From Spirochaetota bacterium (GTDB taxonomy: Bacteria; Spirochaetota; UBA6919; CBDBPB01), in assembly GCA_965208615.1 (NCBI GenBank), contig CBDBPB010000001.1:256001-320000 (forward strand): a stretch of DNA of 64,000 nt. Direction: 5' to 3'. This document shows positions 20,739 to 30,130 of this stretch, one piece after another (position 1 is the stretch's first letter; the number at the start of each line of letters is the position of its first letter). A model generated the notes under the pieces. The model was not told where the DNA came from, searched no databases, and saw only the letters and a list, made by a program, of their open reading frames with translations. The position numbers and the translations under genes were made by a program.

Positions 20739-23168
20739 CTAGTTAGGATTATCCTCCTTTTCTGTACTGGATACAGCTACAACAAAATCATTATCCTTAA
20801 CATTAACAAGCCTAACACCAGATGCAGTCCTACCAAAACTTGATATACCCTTTACAGCAGTCTTAATAACCATACCCTGTGAAGTTATAATAACAACTTC
20901 TTCGTCAAGAGTAACGGCATGTACAGTAGCCACATCACCAGTTTTTTTATTTACACCAAGATATATTTGTCCAGCAGTACCCCTACCGTGAGCCTGTAAA
21001 GTACTAAACCTAGTTAATTTACCATAACCGTTTTTACTAACAATAAGTAAACGCTTATTACTAGATACACGCTCCATACCAATAACCTCATTACCTTTTT
21101 TCATACGTATACCAATAACTCCCCTTGCGGCCCTACCCATTTCTCTAATATCATTTTCCCTAAGCCTAAGGGCAAGACCCTTTTTAGTACAAAGAACTAT
21201 ATCAGATTTTCCATTACTAAGAACTGCAGATATAAGTAAATCGCCCTCATCAAGATTCATAGCCTTAATACCCCTTGTACGAGCATTAACAAAATCCCTA
21301 ATAACGCATCTTTTTATAATACCGTTTTTAGTAACTAATATAATAGGCCTATTTTCATTATAGTCCTTAACGGGTACATAAGCCTTAACAACCTCACCCT
21401 CATTAAGCTGTAATAATATTTTAATACTCCTGCCTCTTGTTGTACGACCACTTTCTGGTATTTCGTGTACTTTAATATAAAAAGTACGACCATAATTAGT
21501 GAAAAACATTATATAGTCGTGAGTGGATGCCACAAGTAAATGTTCAATATAGTCATCCTGTTTTACGTTTGCACCGGATACACCCACACCACCACGTTTT
21601 TGCTTTTTATACGTGCTAACAGGTAATCGCTTTATATAACCACCAATGGATATGGTTACAACATTATCCTCTTTAACAATTAAGTCCTCAGTCTCAAATG
21701 AGTCTAATGATGGAACAATTTTAGTACATCTTTTAGTTTTATATTTTGACTTCATTTCTAAAAGTTCATCTTTCATAATGCGGTATTGAATGTCATCACT
21801 ATCTAGAATGGCCTTTAGCTCTTTTATTAGCATTAACAGCTTATCATATTCCTCTTGGATTTTACCATGCTCTAATGCAGTTAAACGCTGTAAACGCATA
21901 TCAAGGATAGCCTGAGCCTGTATTTCAGTAAGGCTAAAATTATTAATAAGTCCGTTACGAGCAATATTAGCATTATCACTAGCCCTAATAAGTGCTATTA
22001 TTTTATCAATATTGGCTAAAGCAATAAGAAGGCCTTCTAATATATGGGCACGTTTTTCAGCTTTATTAAGGTCAAAGTTAGTTCTGCGTATTATTACTTC
22101 TTTTCTATGAGCAACATAATTAGTTATAACTTCTTTTAAATTGAGAACTTTTGGCTGATTGTCCACAAGAGCAAGCATAATAATACCAAATACACTTTGT
22201 AAGCTAGTATGAGAGTATAACAGATTTAATATTATTTTTGTATTAGCTCCTTTTTTAATCTCTATAACAATACGCATACCGGTTCTGTCGGACTCATCTC
22301 TTATATCACTGATCCCCTCTATTTTTTTATCCTTAACCAAGGATGCAATTTTAATAATCAAATCAGCCTTATTGACCTGATAAGGTATCTCAGTAATGAT
22401 TAAAGCTTCTCTATCGTTTTTAAAGATCTCCACATCCACTTTAGCTCTAACAGTTACCTTCCCTCTTCCAGTTAGGTATGCAGAAGAAATACCTTCCTTT
22501 CCATAAATTATACCATAAGTAGGAAAGTCAGGTCCCTTAATATAAGTCATAAGTTTTTCAACGAGAATATCCTTATCATCAATGACAGCACAAACACCAT
22601 CAATAACCTCAGCCAAGTTATGGGGAGGTATATTAGTAGCCATTCCCACAGCAATTCCAGTACTACCATTAACTAATAAGTTAGGCACTCCAGCAGGCAG
22701 TACAACAGGCTCATGCAAGCTATCATCAAAGTTTAACTGGGTGTTTACAGTTTCTTTTTCTATGTCCCTTAGGAGTTCCATAGAGTAGTTGGTCATTCGA
22801 GCTTCAGTATACCTCATAGCGGCAGGCATATCACCGTCTACAGAGCCGTAATTACCCTGTCCATCTATTAATAAGCTTCTCATAGAAAAGGTTTGTCCCA
22901 TTCTAACAAGAGCATTATATACAGCCGCATCACCATGAGGATGAAATTTACCTAAAACTTCTCCGACTATTCTAGCCGATTTTTTATAAGCTTTACTTGG
23001 TATAATGCCCATTTCATTCATTGCATATAGTATACGTCGGTGTACAGGTTTTAAGCCGTCTCTAACATCAGGCAAAGCTCTACTTATTATGACGCTCATG
23101 GCATAAGTTATATAAGAGTCTTTCATTTCGACTTCAATTGGTATTAGTATTACATTTCCGTTAGACAA
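20739..23168 (-). CDS. gyrA: DNA gyrase subunit A
   Basis: [30 protein letters not shown] active site, GyrA-box QKRGGVG, C-terminal pinwheel repeats; TTG start. Confidence 0.98.
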   Translation of the reverse strand: MSNGNVILIPIEVEMKDSYITYAMSVIISRALPDVRDGLKPVHRRILYAMNEMGIIPSKAYKKSARIVGEVLGKFHPHGDAAVYNALVRMGQTFSMRSLLIDGQGNYGSVDGDMPAAMRYTEARMTNYSMELLRDIEKETVNTQLNFDDSLHEPVVLPAGVPNLLVNGSTGIAVGMATNIPPHNLAEVIDGVCAVIDDKDILVEKLMTYIKGPDFPTYGIIYGKEGISSAYLTGRGKVTVRAKVDVEIFKNDREALIITEIPYQVNKADLIIKIASLVKDKKIEGISDIRDESDRTGMRIVIEIKKGANTKIILNLLYSHTSLQSVFGIIMLALVDNQPKVLNLKEVITNYVAHRKEVIIRRTNFDLNKAEKRAHILEGLLIALANIDKIIALIRASDNANIARNGLINNFSLTEIQAQAILDMRLQRLTALEHGKIQEEYDKLLMLIKELKAILDSDDIQYRIMKDELLEMKSKYKTKRCTKIVPSLDSFETEDLIVKEDNVVTISIGGYIKRLPVSTYKKQKRGGVGVSGANVKQDDYIEHLLVASTHDYIMFFTNYGRTFYIKVHEIPESGRTTRGRSIKILLQLNEGEVVKAYVPVKDYNENRPIILVTKNGIIKRCVIRDFVNARTRGIKAMNLDEGDLLISAVLSNGKSDIVLCTKKGLALRLRENDIREMGRAARGVIGIRMKKGNEVIGMERVSSNKRLLIVSKNGYGKLTRFSTLQAHGRGTAGQIYLGVNKKTGDVATVHAVTLDEEVVIITSQGMVIKTAVKGISSFGRTASGVRLVNVKDNDFVVAVSSTEKEDNPN

Positions 23169-23323
23169 TATTTTACTCCAATTTATATAAGTTACAAAGG
23201 GTAGAAGTTAATAGAGATAAATATAATTAAATTAGACTAAACTGAAAATAAATTAATGTTTTTGATATTGATGTTATAAAGGTATTTCGATGTAGACCTT
23301 GTATAGGCATTTATATAAGTTAT

Positions 23324-23390
23324 GTTACTGGTTGTTCTAATAGTGTATATCAAAAAGACTTTAGGGAACTTATATATCTAAAAACTAAAA
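23324..23390 (-). repeat. Diverged inverted copy of family-2 repeat
   Basis: Reverse complement tagatatataagttccctaaagtctttttgatatacactattagaacaaccagtaac resembles 15588-15645. Confidence 0.65.
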
Positions 23391-23494
23391 TAATTAGTAA
23401 GACCCCAGCCCAATGCTTTTTATAAAATGTAAATAAGAAATTGCAGTATGGAATGAATACTAAATTCTTAAAAGGTATGTCTATTTTTATCGAA

Positions 23495-23728
23495 TTATTT
23501 TATTATATCCCTTACTACTAACATTAGTATACCAACTAGTATGCTCGTTATCATTGCAACTATTATTTTCATCATACCTTTTAGTTCTGATATATCTTGC
23601 TTTAACTCAAGCTTGACATCCTTAATCTCGTTTTTAAGCTTCTCTACTTTGACATCAGTAATCTCAGCTTCGTGTATCTGGCTAGTAACTTCTCTTTTTA
23701 TCTCTTGCTTTAACTCTTCACTTATCAT
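23495..23728 (-). CDS. Small coiled-coil protein with C-terminal TM anchor (Bdr/DUF1640-like architecture)
   Basis: Heptad K/E-rich region, then IIVAMITSILVGILMLVV; GAGG RBS. Confidence 0.7.
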   Translation of the reverse strand: MISEELKQEIKREVTSQIHEAEITDVKVEKLKNEIKDVKLELKQDISELKGMMKIIVAMITSILVGILMLVVRDIIK

Positions 23729-23787
23729 CTTTGCCTCTTCTGGAAATGAATACTAAATTCTTAAGAGGTATATCTATTTTTATCGAA

Positions 23788-24075
23788 TTATTTTATTATA
23801 TCCCTTACTACTAACATTAATATACCAATTAGTATGCTTGTTATCATTGCAATTATTATTTTCATCATACCTTTTAGTTCTGATACGTCTTGCTTAACAC
23901 TTGATATTTTATTGTCGAGCTTATTTTCTATTGCTTTTAATTCTACTCTTAGTCTTGATTCAACTCCAGTTATCTCATTTTTAAGCTTTTCTACTTTAAT
24001 GTCAGTGATCTCAGCTTCGTGGATTTGGTTAGTAACTTCTCTTTTTATCTCTTGCTTTAACTCTTCACTTATTAT
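23788..24075 (-). pseudogene. Tandem paralogue of 23495-23728, 18 aa longer, start codon ATG changed to ATA
   Basis: Open 96-codon frame IISEELKQEIKREVTNQIHEAEITDIK...GMMKIIIAMITSILIGILMLVVRDIIK; lies within the duplication 23452-23744 / 23745-24090. Confidence 0.75.
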
Positions 24076-24337
24076 CTTTGCCTCTTCTGAAAATGCTTGC
24101 GGCTTTATAGTGAGAGTGTAGATACTCTTCTATTGCAAGCTTGATTAGCATTTAATGAATTCTTCCTTTTTGAGTTTATTTATGAAGTATAACATAAGTT
24201 GCCTTGTGTCTTTATCGATTACGACTATCTTTTATTTGTCTATTTTGTTAATTACACCTCTAACTTAATTACTATATTGTAAATATAGTATAATCTGTTA
24301 ATTTAGTCAATTCTATGTTATTAATTGTTCTAGTAGT

Positions 24338-24819
24338 TAGGTACGGTTGAAACAAAGATATAAAAATATAATTTATTGGCCCCACAGCTAGTTTCAATTC
24401 CTTATAGGTACGGTTAAAACAACCAGCCTAAAAATCTATGACGCTTTTGAATCTTGTGTTTCAATTCCTTATAGGTACGGTTAAAACTACAAGCATATAG
24501 AGATAGATTAAGGTATAGATATTCGTTTCAATTCCTTATAGGTACGGTTAAAACCCAGTTTCTTTAATTGTAATGCCCATGTTGAAAATCTGTTTCAATT
24601 CCTTATAGGTACGGTTAAAACCATTATCGATTTTTGAGATCAGTGATTCTATTCTACGTTTCAATTCCTTATAGGTACGGTTAAAACTTGATTGCATTCG
24701 CATTCACATTCATCATCATCGTTAGTTTCAATTCCTTATAGGTACGGTTAAAACGAGTTAGTCACCGCCGTTATAACTAGCTAGCCTCTGTTTCAATTCC
24801 TTATAGGTACGGTTAAAAC
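24338..24819 (-). CRISPR. Orphan CRISPR array, type I-B-like repeat: 7 full repeats, 1 truncated trailer repeat, 7 spacers of 35-37 nt
   Basis: 30-nt repeat GTTTCAATTCCTTATAGGTACGGTTAAAAC at 24391, 24458, 24525, 24592, 24658, 24725 and 24790; partial at 24338-24353; minus-strand reading ends in the ATTGAAAC handle. Confidence 0.98.
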
Positions 24820-24960
24820 CCATTTACAACTTATAATATAACAATAAGTTATAATATACATTTCTTAAATTTATTCCCAAACCTCCGATAGTGTATTTTA
24901 AATAATTAATAACAAATAATAGCTAACACCATAGGTTTAAATAAAACTATTTTTTAAAAA
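24820..24960 (-). promoter_or_regulatory. CRISPR leader
   Basis: AT-rich, on the side opposite the degenerate trailer repeat; TTATAATATA direct repeat (24831, 24849) and AAACCT...AGGTTT inverted motif. Confidence 0.7.
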
Positions 24961-25051
24961 AAAAGCTTTCAATTCCTTAACGGTTAATACCACTCCTTTA
25001 GAAGTTTTCCCTAAAAGAAGAACTTTCAATGCTCACTTGTCCTGAATGTGC
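24957..25051 (-). ncRNA. Candidate crRNA-like RNA (pseudo-repeat / 32-nt spacer / pseudo-repeat)
   Basis: Minus strand: GCACATTCAGGACAAGTGAGC-ATTGAAAG | TTCTTCTTTTAGGGAAAACTTCTAAAGGAGTG | GTATTAACCGT-TAAGGAATTGAAAG | C then T-tract. Confidence 0.6.
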
Positions 25052-25057
25052 ATTTAT

Positions 25058-25086
25058 AATATAACATTAGGGGTGTAAAAAAGCAA
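25058..25086 (-). promoter_or_regulatory. Sigma70 promoter driving the candidate crRNA-like RNA
   Basis: Minus strand TTGCTT-17nt-TATATT with TG extended -10. Confidence 0.55.
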
Positions 25087-25290
25087 ACCCTTTATAAAAA
25101 ATAATGGAGCGGGGAGTACAAACAGATTTTCTTTTGATTTCTCTTATCTTATTATATTATAACTATTTAAGACCTATAAAACCATAAGCCTTAGCATTTT
25201 TCTTTCATCCAAGTTTTGTCAGACTTAATTTGCGAAATTATAAACGAGTATTTTAAATACTTTACTTTATATTTACTTTTTGCGTTTACC

Positions 25291-25869
25291 ATTTTTCGTA
25301 CAGGGCAAAGATGCAAGATGACATTTTATGATAATTTAATGGCTAAGAAGCTTCATATAAACGATGACATATAACGTAAAGTAGATATATTTTAGATGCC
25401 TTTGTAGAACAAGAAAGTTAAAATATTGATGAGAAAGTTATTTCCTTGTATCAAGCAGGTTATCCTTGCATACTCTTTAAGTGCTGTCTATTTGAGTTAG
25501 CAATTAACACAAAATATCACTTTTTATGCAAGTAGTCATCACTTCGAGAGCTATTAAGAATCCCTTACTGAGACTAAGAATTATACACCTTTATTAAGTG
25601 TTAAGGAATTTGCTGTTCCATAAAGACTTAAAAGGGATTATTAGAATATTATATATTGACTTTATATGTAACTTTCTATGGAAATTAAAAATAATAAAAC
25701 AGTTTATACCTATAAAAATTCATAAGCTTAGAACCTCTCTACAATAACCTAATAAAAACTTTGATAACAACATAAACTTCCCCTTTAAATAATAGCCCTT
25801 TAACACTCTCATCTCTCTTTAAAAGTTATATTGACTTTACTATTCCTTTTGCCTTGTACGACTAAAAAT
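25291..25869 (-). mobile_element. MITE-like element, copy B, with terminal inverted repeats
   Basis: Left ATTTTTCGTACAGGGCAAAG (25291-25310) and right TTTTGCCTTGTACGACTAAAAAT (25847-25869) are imperfect inverted repeats; interior is non-coding and homologous to 14942-15413. Confidence 0.72.
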
Positions 25870-25964
25870 AAGTGAATTATGATCCAAATTTCTTAATATA
25901 TTAATCTTGCTATATAAACTTTTGTTACTCTTTTTCTATAACCTATGCTATATTTTAAAAAAAC

Positions 25965-26336
25965 ATGAGGCAATTTATGAAAAATGAAAAAAATAAACAA
26001 GAAAATCATAGACCATGGGGCTATTACGAAATCCTTTCCTCAAAAGAGGATCACAAGGTTAAAAGAATTATTGTCAAACCCAATAAACGTCTAAGCCTAC
26101 AAAAACATAAATACAGATCAGAACATTGGTACATCGTTAAAGGTAATGCCGTCGTTACCCTCAATAATAATAATATACCACTAAAAATCGGCAATGCAAT
26201 AGATATTCCAAAAGGTGCCGCTCATAGAATTAGTAACCACGATAATGAAAATCTTGTTTTTATCGAAATACAAACCGGAACCTACTTCGGTGAAGACGAT
26301 ATTGAACGTCTGGAAGACGACTTTGGACGTAATTAA
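25965..26336 (+). CDS. Cupin, mannose-6-phosphate isomerase type II C-terminal domain
   Basis: RPWGYY, KVKRI.V.P..RLSLQ.H..RSEHW, HRI.N, IEIQTGTYFGEDDI.RLEDDFGR. Confidence 0.93.
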   Translation: MRQFMKNEKNKQENHRPWGYYEILSSKEDHKVKRIIVKPNKRLSLQKHKYRSEHWYIVKGNAVVTLNNNNIPLKIGNAIDIPKGAAHRISNHDNENLVFIEIQTGTYFGEDDIERLEDDFGRN

Positions 26337-26483
26337 TTCATAAAACCTTTTATCCATAATAAAATAACTTTAATAAATTAACTTTTATAACTTTTTTAAG
26401 TTTTTTTTTAGCCACAAAAGCGTTATATTTACTACTAAGATTTTTTATTAACTATTAAGATAGCTTTTAACGGAGGGATCCCA

Positions 26484-28028
26484 ATGAGTTATATAGAATC
26501 CCTTCTTTCTTTAACTTCTCTATTAGTGATAATTACCGGTCTTGCTGTAGGTTATATAGTTCGGTTTTTAATAGAAGCAAAAACGATTAAAAGTGCCAAA
26601 AATCGAGCACGTCAACTTATTAGTAACGCTAAAAAAGGAATAGAAGTAAAAAAACGGGAGGCCATACTAGAAGGAAAAGACCAAATTATCCAAGAAAAAA
26701 AAGAATTCGAAAAAGAAAATAAAGAACGTCGTAATGAAATTCAAAAACTAGAACAGAGGATATTAAGGAAAGAAGAAAATCTTGAAAAAAGAATAGACTC
26801 AATAGAAAAAAAAGAAAAACACTTTGAACAAAAAAAACAAGAAATAATTTCAAAAGAAAAAAACTTAAATAAAAAAAAGGAGCATATTCAAAAACAACTT
26901 GAAACTATTGCTGAGCTTTCAAAAGATCAAGCTAAAGAAGTTATCATTGACCAAATAAGAGATGATACAGAAAAAGATGCTCAAAAACTAATTAGCAAAA
27001 TTGAACAAGATGCCAAAATAACCGCTGATAAAAAAGCTAAGGATATTATTATAACTTCTATACAAAGAATAGCTCCTGAAATCACTCAAGAAGCTAGTAT
27101 ATCATCGGTCTCTTTGCCAAATGACGAAATGAAAGGTAGAATAATTGGACGTGAAGGAAGAAATATTAGAGCTCTAGAAGTTACTACAGGAGTAGACATT
27201 ATTATTGATGATACTCCAGAAGCTATTATACTATCTTGCTTTGACCCAGTAAGACGAGAAAAAGCAAGAATTGCTATTGAACGCTTAATCTCTGATGGAA
27301 GAATACATCCCGCTCGAATCGAAGAAGTGGTCAAGAAGGTTAGCGACGAAATAGAAAATACAATATACGAAGAAGGAGAAAAAGCTTGCTTTGATCTCAA
27401 TATACGAGGTATATCTTATGAGCTACAAAAGTGCATTGGAAGACTTAAATACAGATATAGTTATGGACAAAATATTTTAAATCACTCAAAAGAAGTGGCT
27501 AGACTGTGTAGTCTTATGGCTTCTCAGATGAACGCTAATGTTGATAAATGCGTTAGAGGAGGACTCTTGCACGATATAGGAAAAGGTGTGGTAAATGGAG
27601 AGGGTGAACATGCTCGAATTGGTGCTGAAATCGCTCAAAAGTATGGAGAGGACAAAGTTGTGATTAATGCTATTATATCACATCATTTTGATATAGAACC
27701 TGCTTATATTGAATCCATAATCGTTCAAACAGGTGATGCTATATCCGCTTCAAGACCAGGTGCAAGGCGAGAATCCTTCGATGACTATATTAAACGGTTA
27801 ACTAATCTAGAAAATATTGCTAATGATTTTCCAGGTGTAGAAAAGGCCTTTGCCATACAAGCTGGACGAGAACTAAGAATAATTGTTAATAATGATATTG
27901 TAAATGATATAGAGGCTAAAAAAACTGCTAAAAACATTGCAAAAAGAATAGAAGATGAAATGAGATATCCAGGACAAGTTAAAGTAGCTCTCATTAGAGA
28001 AACTAGGGTTATTGAATATGCAAGGTAG
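26484..28028 (+). CDS. rny: Ribonuclease Y
   Basis: N-terminal TM, coiled coil, KH domain (MKGRIIGREGRNIR), HD domain (LLHDIGK), DAISASRPGARRE, AIQAGRELR. Confidence 0.98.
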   Translation: MSYIESLLSLTSLLVIITGLAVGYIVRFLIEAKTIKSAKNRARQLISNAKKGIEVKKREAILEGKDQIIQEKKEFEKENKERRNEIQKLEQRILRKEENLEKRIDSIEKKEKHFEQKKQEIISKEKNLNKKKEHIQKQLETIAELSKDQAKEVIIDQIRDDTEKDAQKLISKIEQDAKITADKKAKDIIITSIQRIAPEITQEASISSVSLPNDEMKGRIIGREGRNIRALEVTTGVDIIIDDTPEAIILSCFDPVRREKARIAIERLISDGRIHPARIEEVVKKVSDEIENTIYEEGEKACFDLNIRGISYELQKCIGRLKYRYSYGQNILNHSKEVARLCSLMASQMNANVDKCVRGGLLHDIGKGVVNGEGEHARIGAEIAQKYGEDKVVINAIISHHFDIEPAYIESIIVQTGDAISASRPGARRESFDDYIKRLTNLENIANDFPGVEKAFAIQAGRELRIIVNNDIVNDIEAKKTAKNIAKRIEDEMRYPGQVKVALIRETRVIEYAR

Positions 28029-28050
28029 ATTTTTATTAAAGGGGAATTAG

Positions 28051-28686
28051 TTGAAAGATTTTTATAAGGGTGATGCATGGCGAGTTTTTAGGATTATGGC
28101 TGAGTTCGTTGAAGGCTTTGAAGAGTTAAGCAGAATAAAGCCAGCTATTACTATATTTGGTTCATCTAGAACCACTACAAATAGTATATATTATAAAAAT
28201 ACCATAGAACTAGCTAAAAAACTAGCTAAAAAAGGATTCTCTATTATTACTGGTGCTGGGGCTGGTATTATGGAAGCCGCTAATAAAGGCGCTAAAGAGG
28301 CTAAGGGAAGATCTATAGGCTTAAACATACAATTGCCCCTTCAACAAAAGGCTAACTCATATATAACCGACTTAATAGAGTTTAGGCATTTTTTTGTTAG
28401 AAAAGTTATGTTTTTAAGATATGCGACTGCTACTGTCTTTGTACCTGGGGGATACGGTACTATGGATGAGCTTTTTGAAACGCTAACCTTAATACAAACT
28501 GAACGAATTGAACCTATACCTATATATGTCCTTGGAAAAGACTATTGGAACGGCCTTTTTAAGTGGATTAATGATTTTATGGTAGGTGATGGTTGTATTG
28601 ATCACAGAGATATAGAGCTTTTGACTATAACTGATGATATAAATCTAATTGTTAACGATATTTATAACCACTACAAAAGTAATTAG
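28051..28686 (+). CDS. LOG family (TIGR00730-like) phosphoribohydrolase
   Basis: WRVFRIMAEFVEGFE, G.MEAANKGA, FFVRKVMF, PGGYGTMDELFE. Confidence 0.93.
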   Translation: MKDFYKGDAWRVFRIMAEFVEGFEELSRIKPAITIFGSSRTTTNSIYYKNTIELAKKLAKKGFSIITGAGAGIMEAANKGAKEAKGRSIGLNIQLPLQQKANSYITDLIEFRHFFVRKVMFLRYATATVFVPGGYGTMDELFETLTLIQTERIEPIPIYVLGKDYWNGLFKWINDFMVGDGCIDHRDIELLTITDDINLIVNDIYNHYKSN

Positions 28687-28711
28687 TTTAATTTAATAAA
28701 AGGAGATAATT

Positions 28712-29038
28712 ATGACTCGTGCTAAAAAGGTAAATCGTTTTTTACTGGGAGGCAGTTTATTAGTTGGAGGTATACTTACCTTTATTGCAGGACCAATATT
28801 AAAATATATAATCGGAGGTATACTTATATTATTCGGTGTTATATCCTTATCTGACCGTAGTAATAGGATGCCTGCTATGATAAGCCTTGTATTAGGGGCT
28901 TTATTTATATCTGCTAATTTGGGAATACCTATATTGGGCGGTCTTGCTAGTAGTTCTATTTCACTTCTTGGGATATTATCTATAGCCAGTGGAGGATATA
29001 TAAGTTATAGTGCTTATAAAAAAATAAACTCTTATTAA
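28712..29038 (+). CDS. Small multi-TM hypothetical membrane protein
   Basis: Gly-rich hydrophobic segments; AGGAG RBS. Confidence 0.65.
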   Translation: MTRAKKVNRFLLGGSLLVGGILTFIAGPILKYIIGGILILFGVISLSDRSNRMPAMISLVLGALFISANLGIPILGGLASSSISLLGILSIASGGYISYSAYKKINSY

Positions 29039-29101
29039 GTATATTGGCCTTTTATTAAGTATTAGTAGTAATGAAAGGTAAAAAAACTATTTTTAAGAAA
29101 G

Positions 29102-30103
29102 ATGGAGGTTAGAATTATGTTTAAATACTGTTTTTTAGTCATCTCTTTTATTTTGGTGACTTTTGGTTGTGATAAGGGTACTTTTATTAGCATTGGAACA
29201 GGAGGACAAACTGGTGTTTACTATCCTGTTGGACAAAATATCTCTAAGTTAGTTAATGCTAAAGAAAGTGATTATAAGGTTAAGGCAACGGCGGAGTCTA
29301 CTGCTGGTTCTGTTTATAATATAAACACGGTTTTAAGTGGTGGTTTTCATTTTGGTATTGCTCAGTCAGACATTCAATATTTAGCTTATGAGGGACTTGG
29401 TGATTGGAAAAAAAAGGGCAAGCAAAAAGATTTAAGATCACTTTTTTCTCTTCACTCAGAGGCTCTAACATTGGTTGCATCTGTAGACAGCAAAGTAGAA
29501 AATGCTCTTGACCTAAAAGGTAAAAAAGTTAATATTGGTTTACCTGGTACTGGACATAGACGTAATGTTCAAGACCTATTAACAGCTGTTGGTCTATCAG
29601 TAAAAGATATTAATGAAAAGTCGGTTAAGCCTATAAGTTCTTCGAGGTTAGTTCAAGATGAAAGACTCGATGCTTTCTTTTATACAGTGGGACATCCTAA
29701 TGGTAGTATTAAAGAAGCAACATCAGGTAGAATAAAGGTAAAACTTATCTCTCTTGACGACTTGGTTATTAAGGCTCTAACAGATAAATATTCTTACTAT
29801 ACCAAAACTAGTATACCCAAGTCTCTATATCCAAATAGTGCCAACACTGGTGATATTAATACCATTGGTGTTAGGGCAACTTTAGTTAGCTCTAAAAAAG
29901 TTAGTGATAACCTTGCTTATATAGTTACCAAAGAGGTTTTTGAAAACTTTGATAAAGTTAAAAACTTCCACCCATCATATAAGCTATTAAAAAAGGAAGA
30001 CCTTCTTCAAGGCTTATCAGCTCCTATTCACAAGGGTGCTTTAAAGTACTATAAAGAAGCTGGTCTACTAAGTAAGATTGATAAAAAGCTAATTATAAAA
30101 TAG
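29102..30103 (+). CDS. TAXI-type TRAP transporter substrate-binding protein
   Basis: IGTGG.TGVYYP.G, ST.GSVYNIN, IAQSD.QY, PIH.GA.KYYKE. Confidence 0.94.
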   Translation: MEVRIMFKYCFLVISFILVTFGCDKGTFISIGTGGQTGVYYPVGQNISKLVNAKESDYKVKATAESTAGSVYNINTVLSGGFHFGIAQSDIQYLAYEGLGDWKKKGKQKDLRSLFSLHSEALTLVASVDSKVENALDLKGKKVNIGLPGTGHRRNVQDLLTAVGLSVKDINEKSVKPISSSRLVQDERLDAFFYTVGHPNGSIKEATSGRIKVKLISLDDLVIKALTDKYSYYTKTSIPKSLYPNSANTGDINTIGVRATLVSSKKVSDNLAYIVTKEVFENFDKVKNFHPSYKLLKKEDLLQGLSAPIHKGALKYYKEAGLLSKIDKKLIIK

Positions 30104-30130
30104 TATAGCTCTTCTTTATTCATTAACTGA

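Noticed and set aside
25104-25187. 27-codon ORF MERGVQTDFLLISLILLYYNYLRPIKP as a toxin partner of the crRNA-like unit
   Set aside because: No RBS, and no spacer seed match found in its upstream region; short hydrophobic ORFs are common in AT-rich DNA
25210-25290. Minus-strand KVFKILVYNF as a transposase C-terminal relic
   Set aside because: Too short and interrupted by stops
25395-25480. Peptide NIDEKVISLYQAG in the MITE interior resembling IS256 transposase
   Set aside because: Very short match, flanked by stops shared with the other copy, which reads NIHGKVIFLYQAG; insufficient to assign a family
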